Source: Octopus sinensis (taxonomy: Eukaryota). From it: a DNA stretch of 64,000 nucleotides. Positions 1 through 11,523 of the stretch are shown one piece after another. The notes beneath the pieces are model-generated. The model did not search any database. It saw only the letters and a program-made list of their open reading frames with translations, and had not been told where the DNA came from. Position numbers and translations under genes: made by a program. Location: NCBI RefSeq assembly GCF_006345805.1, contig NC_043001.1:127286001-127350000 (forward strand), in the 5' to 3' direction. Within the stretch, counting starts at the first letter, position 1. Every line of letters begins with the position of its first letter.

Positions 1-90
1 ATAAACACTCACAACGCCCGGTCTGGGAATCGAAACCGCGATCCTATGACCGCGAGTCCGCTGCCCTAACCACTGGGCCATTGCGCCTCC
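1..90 (-). mobile_element. tRNA-derived SINE family S1, head only (runs off window start)
   Basis: Reverse complement of the S1 head ggaggcgcaatggcccagtggttagggcagcggactcgcgg...gtttcgattcccagaccggg, with A/B-box-like motifs; matches the full copies at 19955, 25982 and 31344. Confidence 0.9.
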
Positions 91-594
91 AAATTAAAAA
101 GTAACTGTTACGATACACAGAATATGCATATTTAATTTTGTTTTCTTTGTTTTGTTTTGTTTTCTTACTCATTACAAAGATCCTAATTTTCTCTAAAATT
201 CAACGGATACAGAAATTAGTACTTCGATTAATGGTTTTTTACATTGTCTATAATTTACACTGAATATCGAAATGATAATTATTGGTTTTTTAAGACACTA
301 ATAGAGCTAAAAAGTTCAGTGTATGACTTGCTGAACTGCTGAAAGTACACACACGTTGATTGTACCTTCATTACAACGTGCTTACCATTTGTCATATATA
401 GTTCATAACAATCAGTTAACTGGCAGAACTTTTGAGCAGCGAATGAAACATTTACCGTCTTATAAACATGGATTTCAATAATTATACATTTAGACTGTGC
501 GTGGGATTTGGACTGGTAGAAGTTATGAATAGTATGTGTATTATATACACACACATAAATATATAGATATATAATGTGTAGTGACGGTAGTGTG

Positions 595-1039
595 TCACAT
601 CCACAGCTAGCCTTTTCCAGTTCTGCTCCACGGAAAGGCCTCCCTGTTCATGCCCACACGGAACAGGGTCGATGGACTGACACCTGTCGCAGCTCCCGAC
701 CACCTTCCGGATGCTTCTCCTAGTGACATCAGCATCAATTTTCTTCGCCAGATGCAGGGTCCTGTCCACACCCAGGTGATGCATAGCATGCAGTTTCTTC
801 AGTTCAGAGTCATCCAACCGACACGCCGCAGCTATCCCTTTCCGGGCCTCCTCCGGTTCTTCCAACCACGCTCTTTTCACCCTGGTCAGTACGTCCGCCC
901 TGTTTTTCTCCGAAGGCACGAAAACCACATTCAGCTTCAGTCCGAACTCGGCGATCAATTCACCTAGAACTCCTAGACGGCGCTTCCCTAACATCTCCGC
1001 AGCACCTTTCGTCCGCACTCTCCTTTCGCCGGTGATCAC
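595..1039 (-). pseudogene. Gypsy RNase H end and integrase N-terminus (truncated)
   Basis: SEKNRADVLTR; HHCC zinc finger H..HHLG..R...CDRC; WKRLAVDVTHY with the first catalytic D. Confidence 0.9.
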
Positions 1040-1048
1040 CGATCCTAC

Positions 1049-1468
1049 TCAGCCAAGCACAGTGGCCGAATCCGTCCGGATTTCAATTGTGCGCAGCCCC
1101 CATTTCAAGGCCAAGTTCACCCCTTTCAGCACCGCGTCTAATTCGGCGACATTAATGTGGTTAAAATCATCTGCTTTCCGAAGCCAGGCCGCGTCCTCCA
1201 CCGCAGCGCTTTCGATTGCCAACAGAACCCCTATCGCTATACTGCTAGCATCATACCAGACGGTCCCGCACTCCGTCTTGGGCACGTACCAGTTCCCCCT
1301 GACCGGGTCTTCCGCTCTCGTCCTCTCTAGGATTTCCTGCATCATCGCCACCGTCCCTTCTCCCACTTTGTCGCCCCAACTCTCCCCCTCTGCTCGTCTC
1401 TTGGTGTAACTACACGCCGTGCGCAGCCATCCAGCGATCGGGTAGTGACTGACCAACTTCCCACACAC
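1049..1468 (-). pseudogene. Gypsy RNase H fragment
   Basis: WYDASSIAIG, NHINVAELDAV, IRTDSATV (D-E-D residues). Confidence 0.9.
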
Positions 1469-1600
1469 CGAGAACAGCTCTCTCCTGCTGACGCCGGAAC
1501 TCAGCTCTGGATTTCATTCCCTCTCCGGAACACCAATTCACCCGATCTATCTTCGCAGCTTCAGCCCCAGGGCGGCTCCCCCTTCCATCGACTCCGGTGG

Positions 1601-1984
1601 CTACGCAATCAGTCCGGCCTTCTCCAGATGTCTAACTACCTCGTTGGCTGGCACTACAGTTTCGTCCACCAAAATGTCGTCAATGTAGGAGCTGGTGGCC
1701 TTTCTAATCTTGCCGTCTTTCCCTAGGAAAGCCATGATCTTCGGAGCGGAATTCAGCCCGAAACCCAGCCTGGTTAAACAGTACATCCGGCCCTTGTACC
1801 GCACCAGCTGATATCGCCACAGTTTGTCGCTCAAATGGAGCTGCAAGTATGCCGATTTCAAATCGACGATCGTCGCTGCCTCGGTCGACTGTCTCCACGC
1901 ACGTAACGTCTCGCTACAAACGTCTGTCGCCTCACCTCCCGTGTGACACGATATATGCTGGTTTAGCTCCCTGAAGTCCAGCAC
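1601..1984 (-). pseudogene. Gypsy reverse transcriptase fragment
   Basis: IVDLKSAYLQL, LGFGLNSAPKIM and catalytic YIDDIL. Confidence 0.95.
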
Positions 1985-2099
1985 CGGTCTGACTTTTCCC
2001 TTCGTAGGTGCACCACCGCATCAGGGGTAGCACGCCGCCCGCTACCTCCTCATTCAAGGGACAAGGACCCCTTCTTCGATCCACCTCTCCACAGTCTCT

Positions 2100-2747
2100 T
2101 CAAACTCGACCCTGGCGTGGTGTTAGGGTATGCTGGTAACAGCTCACCCTGTTTTCCAGCGTCGGGGGCTCGCCCTTCCATCGCCACTCTATCGTCCACC
2201 GCTGACCATTTAACGCCGCCTGAAAGTCTTTGTCCTCGATGGTGTAAGCGGCGCAGACCCTCGTGGGGCTCTGCTCTCTCTGGCGATCCCGACTCGCAGT
2301 GCACGACACCCCCACGCTTCCGAACGCAACCTCATTTCCCACAACACTGACGCCACCGAGGCAGTTGATGGCGTCCATCCCCATCACCACATCAACTCCA
2401 TCTATCACGCGTTCGGCCACAATTGCCTGCAGCCTTAGCGTCGCGCCGCGCACCACTATCTCTACCTTGCTGCTGCCTCTGCAACGGATTTCGCTGCCGT
2501 CGACCGCCCGGACGCTACTCGCCCCGTTCCATTCCTTCGTCTCCCTCGAAGTCACAAGGGTGGTCGTACAGCCCGTATCCACGAGGGCCTTGAATGTCTT
2601 CCCCTCGGCCTCCTCGTCAACTAATGGCAGCGTCTCCAATAGCGCCTCTACTTGTTTGCGAGGAAAGTTCGAGAGGCAGCAACTTCCCCGCGGTCGTTTC
2701 CTGGTCGCAATCACGGGCATGTGCCTGTATGCCTGCATCGATAGCAA
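2100..2747 (-). pseudogene. Gypsy aspartic protease and start of RT
   Basis: FKALVDTGCTTTLV (DTG motif) and VDVVMGMD flap-region motif. Confidence 0.9.
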
Positions 2748-3393
2748 ACGGGCCCCGGTTGCGTACGTCCCGCGCCATGTGCGGTCTCTGACATCTAAAA
2801 CACCGTCCTGAGAACGGCCGCTCTCGTTGCGTGGTAAGCTTCTGTACGTCTTTCTCCGGTCGTCGTCCGTCTTTACGCACCTCCGTCACCGCCATCGCTA
2901 TCACCTTCCGCCCAGAGTGTCGCGTCAACATCCGGACCTGAATCACAAGTTCGCTCAACGCCATCTTTTTAATCCCGGGCAATCGTTGTAGATGAATCCC
3001 TACATCGTCGGGGAACCCATTTACAAACGCCAGCCGGGCTGCTCCCGCAGACCCAGCCAGAGTCGCCAACCTTCTAACTTCTGCTGCGTAGTCATCCACT
3101 TGTCCTCCTGTCCATCTGATCGCACCTAGTTTAGCAAAAGCTGTGTATTCACATTCTGTGTAGGCATCCCGCAAGCGCTGCTCTATATTCTCCTCGCTCA
3201 GCCGTTCCTCCTCGTCCATCTCAAGGTATAGCCTTAAGGCGCTCCCTTCTAAATACAGCGCCATAAGACTTGCCACATCGCTTATACCTTGCAGTCTTGC
3301 CACCAGCCTGATTTTGCGAATCCAGGCCACTACATCGCCTTCACCATTAAAGGGTCTGACGATGTCGCTGGCGATCCTAATTTTCGCAGACAT
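2617..3393 (-). pseudogene. Gypsy gag-like ORF
   Basis: MSAKIRIASDIVRPFNGEGDVVAWIRKIRLVARLQ...; degenerate zinc knuckle CFRCQRPHMARD. Confidence 0.85.
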
Positions 3394-3446
3394 CGTGGCG
3401 ACGAATCGTATTGAAATGTAAATATTTAAGAATCGCCGAAATAGCT

Positions 3447-3661
3447 TGTAGTGTGTGCGCGATACGGATATAAAGGCACCTACCTTCTCTTCCTCGTGAT
3501 GGAGACCCTTCAGTGGTAACGGATCCTTCGACACAGCCCCGACCCGAACACTAAAGATAGCAGCCACTTCACCCAACCTTAGCAACGTCTTCACACGTCT
3601 TAACACCTCGACGACCCTCGTGGAAAAGGCCGAATTCACCGCTCCCTGCGCACGCCTCACA
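3447..3661 (-). repeat. Probable 5' LTR of the Gypsy element (about 215 bp, TG...CA)
   Basis: Minus strand reads tgtgaggcgtgcgc...cacacactaca just upstream of gag. No second LTR is present to confirm the ends. Confidence 0.55.
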
Positions 3662-4026
3662 CATTAATTTGTGTGTAGATATTCTTTTTCACACATTAAT
3701 TTGTGTAGGTTGAACTATGTAAAATGTTAGAGCAAGAAACCTAGCTGTTTCTTGTAATACATACCAATACATACATCTAAAGCAAGTTTGTTTTTCAGGG
3801 CCCCTTAAAATACTATTGTGGATCCATAATTTACTATTTTGTTTTATATGGACCCTTAGGGGCCATATGGACCTCGGTTGAGAACCACTGCGCCAAAGTT
3901 TGAAACCGTTATTATCAGGTTCATACGGGTGGTGCAGATGGAGTCACCAACTTAGCGGGGTACACCAAAATCTAAGTAATGTAGTAGGCAGAGGCGACTA
4001 CAACAACAAGGATTTTCACTTAGTAT

Positions 4027-4350
4027 ACGAGCGGGGTACTGGAAGGTTCCTGGCTTTGGGTAAAAGAAAATGCAGGAAGATCCGTTTATTATGAGTTTAC
4101 TCAACATATTCCCCTCTCGGAACCACTAATTTCAGTGGTCTTACAGTTTTTCTAAGCCCTGTAAAAGAACTCGGAAGGTTGAACCTCAAGCCAGGCCTTT
4201 CCTGATACCCTAAAAACCAGGAACTTTCAAAATCTCCTCGTATAAGATATAACGACATAATGATATTCCATTATTCCAGTTTTTCTAAGCCCTGTAAAAG
4301 AACTCGGAAAGTTGGTCCTCCAATCAGGCCCTTCTCGATACCCTTAATGA
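4027..4350 (+). mobile_element. Non-autonomous mariner-derived element with internal duplication
   Basis: Starts ta|cgagcggggtactggaaggttcctggctttgggtaaaag; block ttctaagccctgtaaaagaactcggaa occurs twice; same family as 16815 and 59197. Confidence 0.65.
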
Positions 4351-4910
4351 ATGGAATTTTAAGCATACAAAATATAACGAGACAATGATATTCTTGAAAT
4401 AGATAAGTTCAAGTATCACCGCATACAAACATCTATGTTTACTACAATGAGTCTCACACGCAGAAATTGCTCATTTTCCACTTACAATTTCAAATCAAAT
4501 CACTTGCAAGATGAATACATCACAGAGATTTATTATTACATAACTAATTTCCTCGGACTTCGGTATTTTTTCCTTGTACATGGGGTCGATGTAATCAACT
4601 AGACACCACCCCCTACTAGATTTCGTGCCTATAATCGGCAGAAATAATATATTTCTGTTTCTAATATTGTTTTATTTTGATTACAAAGTAAAGTTCACTT
4701 ACTCAAAATCCAGTTCGGGCATAAATGGAGCACTTGCAACAAAAGACATTAGTACCATGCCAATAATTCCAAGTATCAAAATGCTTCGCTTCATCTGAAA
4801 GTAAATAAGAGAAGACAAATATGAAGTGAAATTCTCATATCCATTTTCATGGGTCAAATTGATAGGAATTGGTGAAATAAACACTTAAATTCTTTACAGT
4901 ACTTATGATG

Positions 4911-5068
4911 GCATCACTGCGCAGTTAAGTAGTTTACCTCATAACCTTGTGGTTCTGGGTTCAGTACCACCGCACGGCACTTTGTGCAAGTGCTTTCTAG
5001 TATGGCCCTGAACTAACCAATGATTTGTGAGTAAAGCTGGGATGCGGAAAGTGTGCTGAATCCTGTCG
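4911..5068 (+). mobile_element. SINE family S2, diverged 5' half
   Basis: Diverged match to the S2 head (gggttcagt...gcaagtg). Confidence 0.7.
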
Positions 5069-5100
5069 TATATATATATATATAATATATATATATATAT

Positions 5101-5169
<69 letters not shown>

Positions 5170-5319
5170 ATGTGAAGAGTGTATGAAAAGTTTTGAGCCT
5201 TGAAGCCCTTGTACCATTTTTTTTTTTTTTTGAGGCTCAAGACTTTTCATATACCCCTTGTATATATATGCATATATCAATATGTTTATATGTGTAAATA
5301 AGCACATGTGTGAAGACGC

Positions 5320-5630
5320 TTGTCTCGGTGATTAGCGCATCGGGCTCACAATCATGAGGTAATGAGTTCGATTCCCGGACCGGAATCTGTGTTGTGTTCT
5401 TGAGCAAAACACTTTATTTCGCGTTGCTCGAGTTCACTCGGCTGTAGAAATGAGTTGCGACATCACAGGTGCCAAGCTGCATCGGCCTTTGCTTTTCCCT
5501 TGGATAACATTCGTGGAGAGAGGAGGTTGGTATGCATGAGTGACTACTGGTCTTCCATAAACAACCTTGCCCGGACTTGTGCCTCGGAGGGGAATTTTCT
5601 AGGCACAATCCCATGGTCATTCACCTTTAA
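5320..5630 (+). mobile_element. tRNA-derived SINE family S4
   Basis: ggttcgattcccggacc head and ttgagcaaaacactttatttc core; matches 40776 and 20880. Confidence 0.85.
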
Positions 5631-5789
5631 GCGTGTATGTATATATAAATACATTTATATATTCCATATGTTTTTATTGCTCACAAGAAGTGGTCAGTAG
5701 CTTTTGTTACCTATGAGACATAGTTAGCAGGGGAGGTGGTTGCTTCAAAAGTATAGCAGCCAGAATAAGAACGTTCTACCGATGCTGGC

Positions 5790-6240
5790 AACAACGCTCT
5801 TCCCCTTCAAAGGGACAAGGAGATTGTATGACGCTTGTATTAGAACTGTGATGTTGCATGGCAGTGAGACACGAGACTTGAATATAGAGGACTTGAGGAG
5901 ACAGATGAAATGAAGTGAGCATGTTGGATGTGCAATGAAACTGTACATAAATGACATAGTATAAATGTGCTGAGGTGAAAAAAAAAACGGGGTATAAGAA
6001 GAATCAGATGTAGAGAACAAAGAGAAGACTGCGCTAATAGGGACATGGATAAGGACAGTCGTATAAAGAAGGGCCGATCACTACATGTGGATGGAGTTTG
6101 CAGATGAGGGAGATGCAAGAAAACATGGGACAAATTTGTGAAAGCTGATGTCAGGACTTTGAAAGTCACAGAAGAGATCACAAGAGACCAGGAGGATTAG
6201 TAAACATGTAATTCACGAGAAGACACGGCCAACTCAAGAA
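5790..6240 (+). mobile_element. Decayed RTE-clade LINE 3' end
   Basis: Broken frame reading ...VDGVCR*GRCKKTWDKFVKADVRTLKVTEEITRDQE, like the RTE C-terminal GRPRKTW...DR motif. Confidence 0.65.
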
Positions 6241-6356
6241 AAATACGTTTTGGAAGCGCAGTATGTGTGCCAAACATTTCTTATCGGAAATTGAAAGATT
6301 TTTGATACTAAATGTAAAATCTAAATCCAATTAAGCGTATGTTATTGAACTATGAG

Positions 6357-6514
6357 AGGCGCAGATGTGGCTGTGTGGTAAGCAGCTTGCTTCAGAACCA
6401 CATGGTTCCGGATTCAGTCCCACTGCGTAGAACTTTGGGCAAGTGTCTTCTATTATATCCTCGGACCGACCAAAGCCTTGTGAATGGATTTGGTAGATGG
6501 AAACTGAAAGAAAC
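6357..6514 (+). mobile_element. SINE family S2, 5' half
   Basis: ggcgcagatgtggctgtgtggtaagcagcttgc...ttgggcaagtgtc (CORE-like ttgggcaagt). Confidence 0.85.
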
Positions 6515-6555
6515 TTTTACAACCTAAAGGCAGAAATATATACGTCACTAAAGTG

Positions 6556-6853
6556 AACAAGGGCATTAATCAGCACCAGTATTGCTAGAACTAAGAGTGA
6601 AAAACTCTATAGCCAACAAAAGCACTATTTTAATGAGCTGACAAGGGAGACGAATTCTCTATGGTCGCAGACACAGCCAGATCATCGACGTTTTAACGCT
6701 CATCAGTAGCTCTCACTGCACCTATGGTTAAAATTATCTCGCCTTGTCAGCTTATAAGATTTCAGTTGAGATCATACGCTAATTTCAAAGGAAGCTTGTC
6801 TCCCTTGTCAGCAGCTCATTAAGATAGTGCTTTTGTTGGTTAGTGCCCTTGTT
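6556..6853. repeat. Imperfect foldback inverted repeat
   Basis: 6613-6651 pairs with 6798-6839; 6556-6570 pairs with 6840-6853. Confidence 0.75.
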
Positions 6854-7252
6854 CCGTTGAAATCGTACGTTGACATTCCTGCCGCGTTTCATCGCTCTAA
6901 CTGCAACTTTTCTTTGATACCACAAATCTTTCTCACATCTCTCATGCTTCATACGGTTCTCTCCAACCACACTTTACATTGACCCCACCACCATCACCAC
7001 CACCACAACAACAGGTCTCTCTCTCCATGCACTACGCCTGTCTCATCTCCTTCCCCAATGATCTCGTAACCTACCCATCTCTCTCTTTCTCTCTCTCTTT
7101 TCTCTCGCTCTCGCTCTCTCTCTCGCTCACTTTTTCGCTCTTTTTCTCTCTTTCCTTCTCTTTCTCATTCTCTTTCTCTCTCCCTCTCTCTCTCCCTCTC
7201 TCTCATTCTTGTTTATTGTTTCATCGTTATTATGCTACTACTCTTCATCTTC

Positions 7253-7485
7253 TGTTTCTTTATTACCCACAAGGGGCTAAACATAGAGAGGACAAACAAG
7301 GACAGACAAACGGATTAAGTCGATTACATCGACCCCAGTACATCGACTGGTACTTAATTTATCGACCCCGAAAGGATGAAAGGCAAAGTCGACCTCGGCA
7401 GAATTTGAACTCAGAACGTAGCGGCAGACGAAATACTGCTACGCATTTCGCCCGGCGTGCTAACGGTTCTGCCAGCTCGCCGCCT
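7253..7485 (-). mobile_element. SINE family S3 with target-site duplication
   Basis: Full copy flanked by tactcttcatcttc on both sides. Confidence 0.9.
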
Positions 7486-7779
7486 TACTCTTCATCTTCA
7501 TGCATCATTAATCTTCGTTTTCTATATTCACTGCACCCACCTCTGAACCCAGTCTAATCTCTACATTTGTGATCCACTCTTCCCTACTCTCCTTACTTAT
7601 CTTCCACTCAATACTTGTTCTTCATTCTTTACATTAACACTCTCACTCACTCCCCATCTCTCACTCTTTCATATACTCTTGCAGCCTCTGTCCATCCACA
7701 CTCCCAGTTCTTCTGTCTCTACTCACTTCTACACACCTCATAGCTTGAGGGTCCGCACAGACACCTTATCATCACTATT

Positions 7780-8010
7780 GTGAGCTGGCAGAAACGTTAG
7801 CGCGCCGCGCGAAATGCTTAACGGTATTTCGTCTGCCACTACGTTTTGAGTTCAAATTCCGCCGAGGTCAACTTTGCCTTTCATCCTTTCGGGGTCGATA
7901 AATTAAGTACCAGTTACACACTAGAGTCGATGTAATCGACTTAATCCGTTTGTCTGTCCTTGTTTGTCCCCTCTATGTTTAGCCCCTTGTGGGCAATAAA
8001 GAAATATATT
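7780..8010 (+). mobile_element. SINE family S3
   Basis: gagctggcagaaacgttag...gagttcaaattccgccgaggtc...gcctttcatcctttcggggtcgataa; inverted relative to the 7253 copy. Confidence 0.9.
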
Positions 8011-8214
8011 GTATCTCATCCCAGCTCCTCTCCAATCACGCCCACCCTTTCTTCCAACCATTTTAACTAGGTAGCTTCTCTGCGGCAAGAGACCTGTTTT
8101 GCTCTGGTCCCTTTTCTCATACTTTAACTTATCATTTCTCGAGTCTTGTAATAAGCACGATGACCTCATTAGTGCCGAAGTGCTGGTGGTAAGAAACAAA
8201 AAAAGCACATAGTT

Positions 8215-8360
8215 TCCATTTCCAACCGTAGAGATCATGCCAAAGTAGACAGTAGAACACGATGCATTTCACTGGCTCGCCGGCTTGTCCGTAGGCGAAT
8301 CCTGTCGAACCGTCCGACCCATACCAGCATGAAGAGTGGACGTTAAATGATGATGATGAT
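8215..8360. mobile_element. Repeat family S5 (RTE-tail-like, ending in (GAT)n)
   Basis: Similar to 47875-48010, 48130-48250 and 62560-62710. Confidence 0.5.
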
Positions 8361-8498
8361 GATGGGGTGGTGGTGGTGGTGGTGGTGGTGGTGGTGGTGG
8401 TGGTGGTGGTGGTGTGGGGCGGCGGCAGTGGTTGCGTTGTGTTGTTGTTGTTGTTGTTGTGGTGGTGGTGGTGGTGGTGGTGGTGGTGGTGGTGATGG

Positions 8499-8543
<45 letters not shown>

Positions 8544-8564
8544 GGAGGAGGAGGAGGAGGAGGA
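8345..8564. repeat. Compound trinucleotide microsatellite (GAT)n(GGT)n(GTT)n(GGT)n(GAT)n(GAG)n
   Basis: Directly visible; explains the homopolymer ORFs in the ORF track. Confidence 0.98.
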
Positions 8565-8944
8565 TATGCACAATACGGCGAAGGCGGAATAGCTAAGAAT
8601 TCCGCTTTGCAATCATAAGACTCCGGTTTCAGTATCTCTTTCTGTGGCATCTTAGCCAAATACTATTTTCTACAGGCTCGGTTCTACCGATACCTTTTGA
8701 GTGGGTTTGGGTAAATACAAAACGTATAGAAGATTGCAATTTCAATTCAAATGTTCAGCTTGTATTACTTTGATTTCTCACTGAGAATAGTAATAAGGAC
8801 ACTCGCCTGTATAACACTCAGCCACCAATCTTGGTACTTCAGTTGGTCAAACCACTGAAAACTCATGATCATAAATTCTGACCGAGATAGATTCAGTGTG
8901 TGTATGTGTGTGTATGTGTGTATGTGTGTGTATGTGTGTATGTG

Positions 8945-9990
8945 TGAAATGAAGAGGCATGCTGTTATTGTGGTTATAAAGGCTGAGCATAGCGATTTAG
9001 AAATATCTCGATTTTTAAAGGTTGGTAGATCTTGCGCCTACAAAATTTGTAAAGAGCTAGAGACTGAAGATGGAAACGTATCACCGGTATCAAAGCATAA
9101 AATGCATTCTAAACACTCTAAAATCATCAGAGCACCTGAATTTATCCAGCAAGTTCAACAAACCATTGAAGTCCATAAAGTCAATTGCAAAAGATCTCCA
9201 TGTGTCAGAAGGAACAGTCAGAAATGTTGTCAAAGCCTTATATGATGAGGAAAGGTCAATTTGTCAGAAAAAGCAAAAGAAAATCACTACATCAGATCTA
9301 AAAGGCTCTTAAACAAACTGAAAATCCAGCAGAAGAAGATTTAATTTGGTTTTTCTCAAACGAGAAAAGTTTCGACCAAAAAAGTTAAGAGAAGAAATGA
9401 CAGATGGCTATGTGCAGCACCTTCTGAAGTTCCAAGTGTTATGCATACAAAATTTCCTGCAACTGTCATGGTTTTAGGGGTTGTTAGCAATGGATATGTG
9501 ATGCCTCCTTAATTCTTTCCACAAGGTCTTAGAGTTAACTCTGCTACCTACATTGAGGTCCTGGAAACAGTTAAGCCCTGGATAGACAGTGTATACAATG
9601 GAAGGCTATATATGTTTCAGTAAAACTCTGCACTATCACACATGGTTATAGAAACACAGAAATGGATTGTTGAAAATTTTCACGATCACAAAGCTCCTAA
9701 CATTTGGCCTCGTAATTCCCCAGATCTCAATCCACTGGATTATTACATGTGGAGCGTTGCTGAGAGAAAGGTCAATGAACACGCCCATAACACCAAGGAT
9801 TCTTTGAACGCTACCATAGTCAGAGTAATGTCCAAAATGAACCAGGACCATTTCATTTGAGCATGTAGATGATTTAGATCTCATATAGAAGCAGTTGTTG
9901 AAACTGAAGGTGGCTTTATTGAATAACATTATAGAAAGGTAGGTTTATTTTTATCCTCACAGCATTTTTTGATGAATAAAGTTACTATTT
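8945..9990 (+). mobile_element. Decayed Tc1/mariner-superfamily transposase, maT/DD37D-like
   Basis: N-terminal HTH-like MKRHAVIV...; C-terminal WPRNSPDLNPLDYYMW motif; frameshifts; both ends lost into microsatellites. Confidence 0.85.
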
Positions 9991-10056
9991 GTTCTCAACT
10001 ATTTTACACACACACACACTCTCTCTCTATACATACATACATACATACATACATAC

Positions 10057-10241
<185 letters not shown>

Positions 10242-10433
10242 GAATGCACATGTAAACATTAGGTCGAGAGGAGAGAAGTGAATGCGGAATATGAGTGAGA
10301 AAAATAGATATACAGATTTATATACGTTAAGGAGAGAGAAAGAAGAGGACGAGTGTGAAATATGAACAAGAGAAAAATACACAGTTATATACGTGTGTGT
10401 TTTGTGTATGTATGTATGTATGTATGTATGTGT

Positions 10434-10737
10434 GGAGGCGCAATGGCCTAGTGGTTAGGGCAGCGCACTCGCAGTCGCAGGATCGCGGTTTCGATTCCCA
10501 GACCGGGCGTTGTGAGTGTTTATTGAGCGAAAACACCTAAAAGCTCCACGAGGCTCCGGCAGGGGGTGGTGATCACTGCTGTATTCTTTCACCACTCTTT
10601 CTCCCACTCTTTCTTCTGTTGGCCTGCTCGCTTAGCCAGCGGGGTGGCGTCATTCGAAGGCTAAAACAATGCGAATGCATTGTGACCAGCGATGTGTAAC
10701 AACTTCTGATGGTCTGGTCGGTCACGTGATCACGTGA
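10434..10737 (+). mobile_element. SINE family S1, tail type B
   Basis: S1 head followed by an alternative 3' tail ending ggtcggtcacgtgatcacgtga; same as 56025. Confidence 0.9.
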
Positions 10738-11132
10738 TGTATGTATGTATGCATGTATGTATGGATGGATGGATGGATGGATGGATGGATGGATAGAGCA
10801 AAAGGTATTTGTATATGTGTGTGTGTATTTCTACCTTTGTGATTGAATATGACCTCACCACCATCACCAAAACTTGACAACCGGTGTTGGTTTGTTTACG
10901 TCTCCGAAATTTAGTGCTTCGACAAAAGCGACAGCTAGAATAAGTACTAGCCTAAAAAAAATAAGCCCTAAGATCGATTTGCTCGATTTAACACTTCAAG
11001 GCAGTGTCCCAATATGATTGCAGGCCAATGACTTAAACAAGTAAAAAACGACATGCAATTAAACACACATAGAGTTTTCACCTTTACATCAGGTTTGACG
11101 TTTAATAATTTCCAATATTGACTTAGCCTAAA

Positions 11133-11345
11133 AGGCGGTGAGCTGGCAGAATCGTTTGCATGTCAGACAAATGCTTAGCGGCATTTCGTCCGTCTTTACG
11201 GTCTGAGTTCAAATTCCACCGAGTTTAATTTTGCCTTTCATCCTTTCGAATCGATGAAATAGGTACCAGTAGAGTACTGAAGTCGATGAAATCGCCTTAA
11301 CCCACTACCCCTGAAATTGCTGGCCTTGTGCCAAAATTTGAAACT
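11133..11345 (+). mobile_element. SINE family S3, diverged
   Basis: ggcggtgagctggcagaatcg...gagttcaaattcc...gcctttcatcctttcg. Confidence 0.8.
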
Positions 11346-11429
11346 AATATTAACATAGCCTCTCCCCCTCCTTCATCTCGTTATTTCACCCTTCCTCTTA
11401 CCCACTCCCTCACTTCTCTTTCTATCTCT

Positions 11430-11484
11430 CCTACGTCTCTATATTTCCCACTCTTTCTCTATATTTATAGGCTTTGAATAGACA

Positions 11485-11523
<39 letters not shown>

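Larger units (their letters stand above)
595..3663 (-). mobile_element. Decayed Ty3/Gypsy LTR retrotransposon (5' LTR, gag, PR, RT, RNase H, truncated integrase; no 3' LTR)
   Basis: Domain order gag-PR-RT-RH-IN on the minus strand, split over several frames (frameshifted). Integrase is cut off by AT-rich simple sequence near 595. Confidence 0.95.

Noticed and set aside
8132-8659. 175-aa ORF with poly-P/H/N/T runs
   Set aside because: Read-through of a compound trinucleotide microsatellite plus an S5 repeat; no supporting splice context.
9064-9085. CUGAAGA-UG-GAAAC hammerhead-like string
   Set aside because: Lies within transposase coding sequence; no helix I or II.
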